Virus record (IMG/VR): IMGVR_UViG_3300045988_086948
Span: 1 to 13,451 of that record
Direction: 5' to 3' (one strand)
Source: a virus
Length of the DNA: 13,451 nucleotides
Shown here: in pieces, positions 13,212-13,451 of the stretch
Position numbering within the stretch: the first letter of the stretch is position 1
How the letters are laid out: every line of letters starts with the position of its first letter
Position numbers and translations under genes: made by a program
Notes under the pieces: model-generated
Database searches by the model: none
Told to the model about the DNA's origin: nothing
What the model saw: only the letters and a program-made list of their open reading frames with translations

Positions 13212-13451
13212 ACAAGGGTTATCTTCGGATAGCCCTTTCTCTTTGCCTATGAGTTAGATAAGACTAACACCAGTGCGAGCGACCGGAGGGAGCGAGCCAA
13301 AACTTCGAACATATGTTTGTGTTTGGTGTGCGTTCGCCGCGGACAGACTTGGCGGTTTGTGTTTGTCTATGACGGACAGACGGAGTTGGTTGTGTCCGTG
13401 GTGTGCGGACAAAAATGGGGGAAATGTCCGTGTACGGCGGACATGTATATA
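13212..13451. repeat. Right inverted terminal repeat (ITR-R), 240 bp
   Basis: It is the exact reverse complement of 1..240 and ends in TATATA at the last base of the window. Confidence 0.97.
13214..13247 (+). terminator. Intrinsic terminator inside ITR-R, facing the right genome end
   Basis: This is the mirror copy of 205..238: AAGGGTTATC-TTCG-GATAGCCCTT followed by TCTCTTTGCC, 9 nt after the last plus-arm stop codon. Confidence 0.6.

Noticed and set aside
13054-13257. 67-aa GTG-initiated ORF running into ITR-R.
   Set aside because: It would read through the ITR terminator hairpin, and its mirror sequence at the left end is non-coding. The overlapping ATG ORF 13050..13205 has a better RBS and stops before the ITR.
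1-13451. Searched for an integrase or recombinase, lysogeny repressor, tRNA, CRISPR array, toxin-antitoxin pair or defence-system genes.
   Set aside because: No ORF shows recombinase motifs, there is no cloverleaf-like tRNA, and no spacer-repeat array exists. Apart from the terminal and regulatory repeats already reported, the content is that of a strictly lytic mini-phage.

Overview
The window appears to be one complete linear dsDNA replicon. It is 13,451 bp long and bounded by perfect 240-bp inverted terminal repeats (ITRs) that begin at base 1 and end at the last base. The coding content is that of a miniature phi29-like podophage with protein-primed replication. It includes a family-B DNA polymerase with every phi29-type Exo and Pol motif, and a short candidate terminal protein directly upstream and overlapping it. 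It also includes a gp16-like packaging ATPase, a gp8-like major capsid protein, a gp10-like connector, a gp9-like tail knob, a tail peptidoglycan hydrolase, a tail fibre carrying an SGNH esterase domain, a BhlA-like holin, and p5-like and p6-like DNA-binding proteins. Genes form two divergent arms leaving a control region at 9623..9849. The minus arm (9622 down to 246) carries p6-like, SSB, ATPase, lysis, head and tail genes. The plus arm (9850 to 13205) carries early ORFs, a ribbon-helix-helix (RHH) regulator, the terminal protein, the polymerase and two micro-ORFs. Each arm runs to within 5-6 nt of an ITR and meets the same ITR-borne hairpin terminator. Shine-Dalgarno sites are strong (AGGAG-like), the genome is AT-rich and the holin is BhlA-type, which suggests a Firmicutes host (inference). 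There is no integrase, tRNA or CRISPR. Five signals stand out: (1) a roughly 100-nt three-way-junction RNA beside the packaging ATPase, behind a near-consensus promoter, which is a pRNA-like candidate; (2) an 18-20 bp perfect CACGTG-centred palindrome placed just before the first RBS of four gene modules; (3) a 32-33 bp phased TGTCCG array plus a TATATA terminal reiteration in the ITRs; (4) a lysis and cell-wall toolkit split across separate genes (a stand-alone SH3b ORF coupled to the holin, with the catalytic hydrolase in the tail module); (5) an unusually small genome and short terminal protein for this phage type. All homology statements come from reading the translations and comparing them with remembered phi29 sequences. 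No database search was run.
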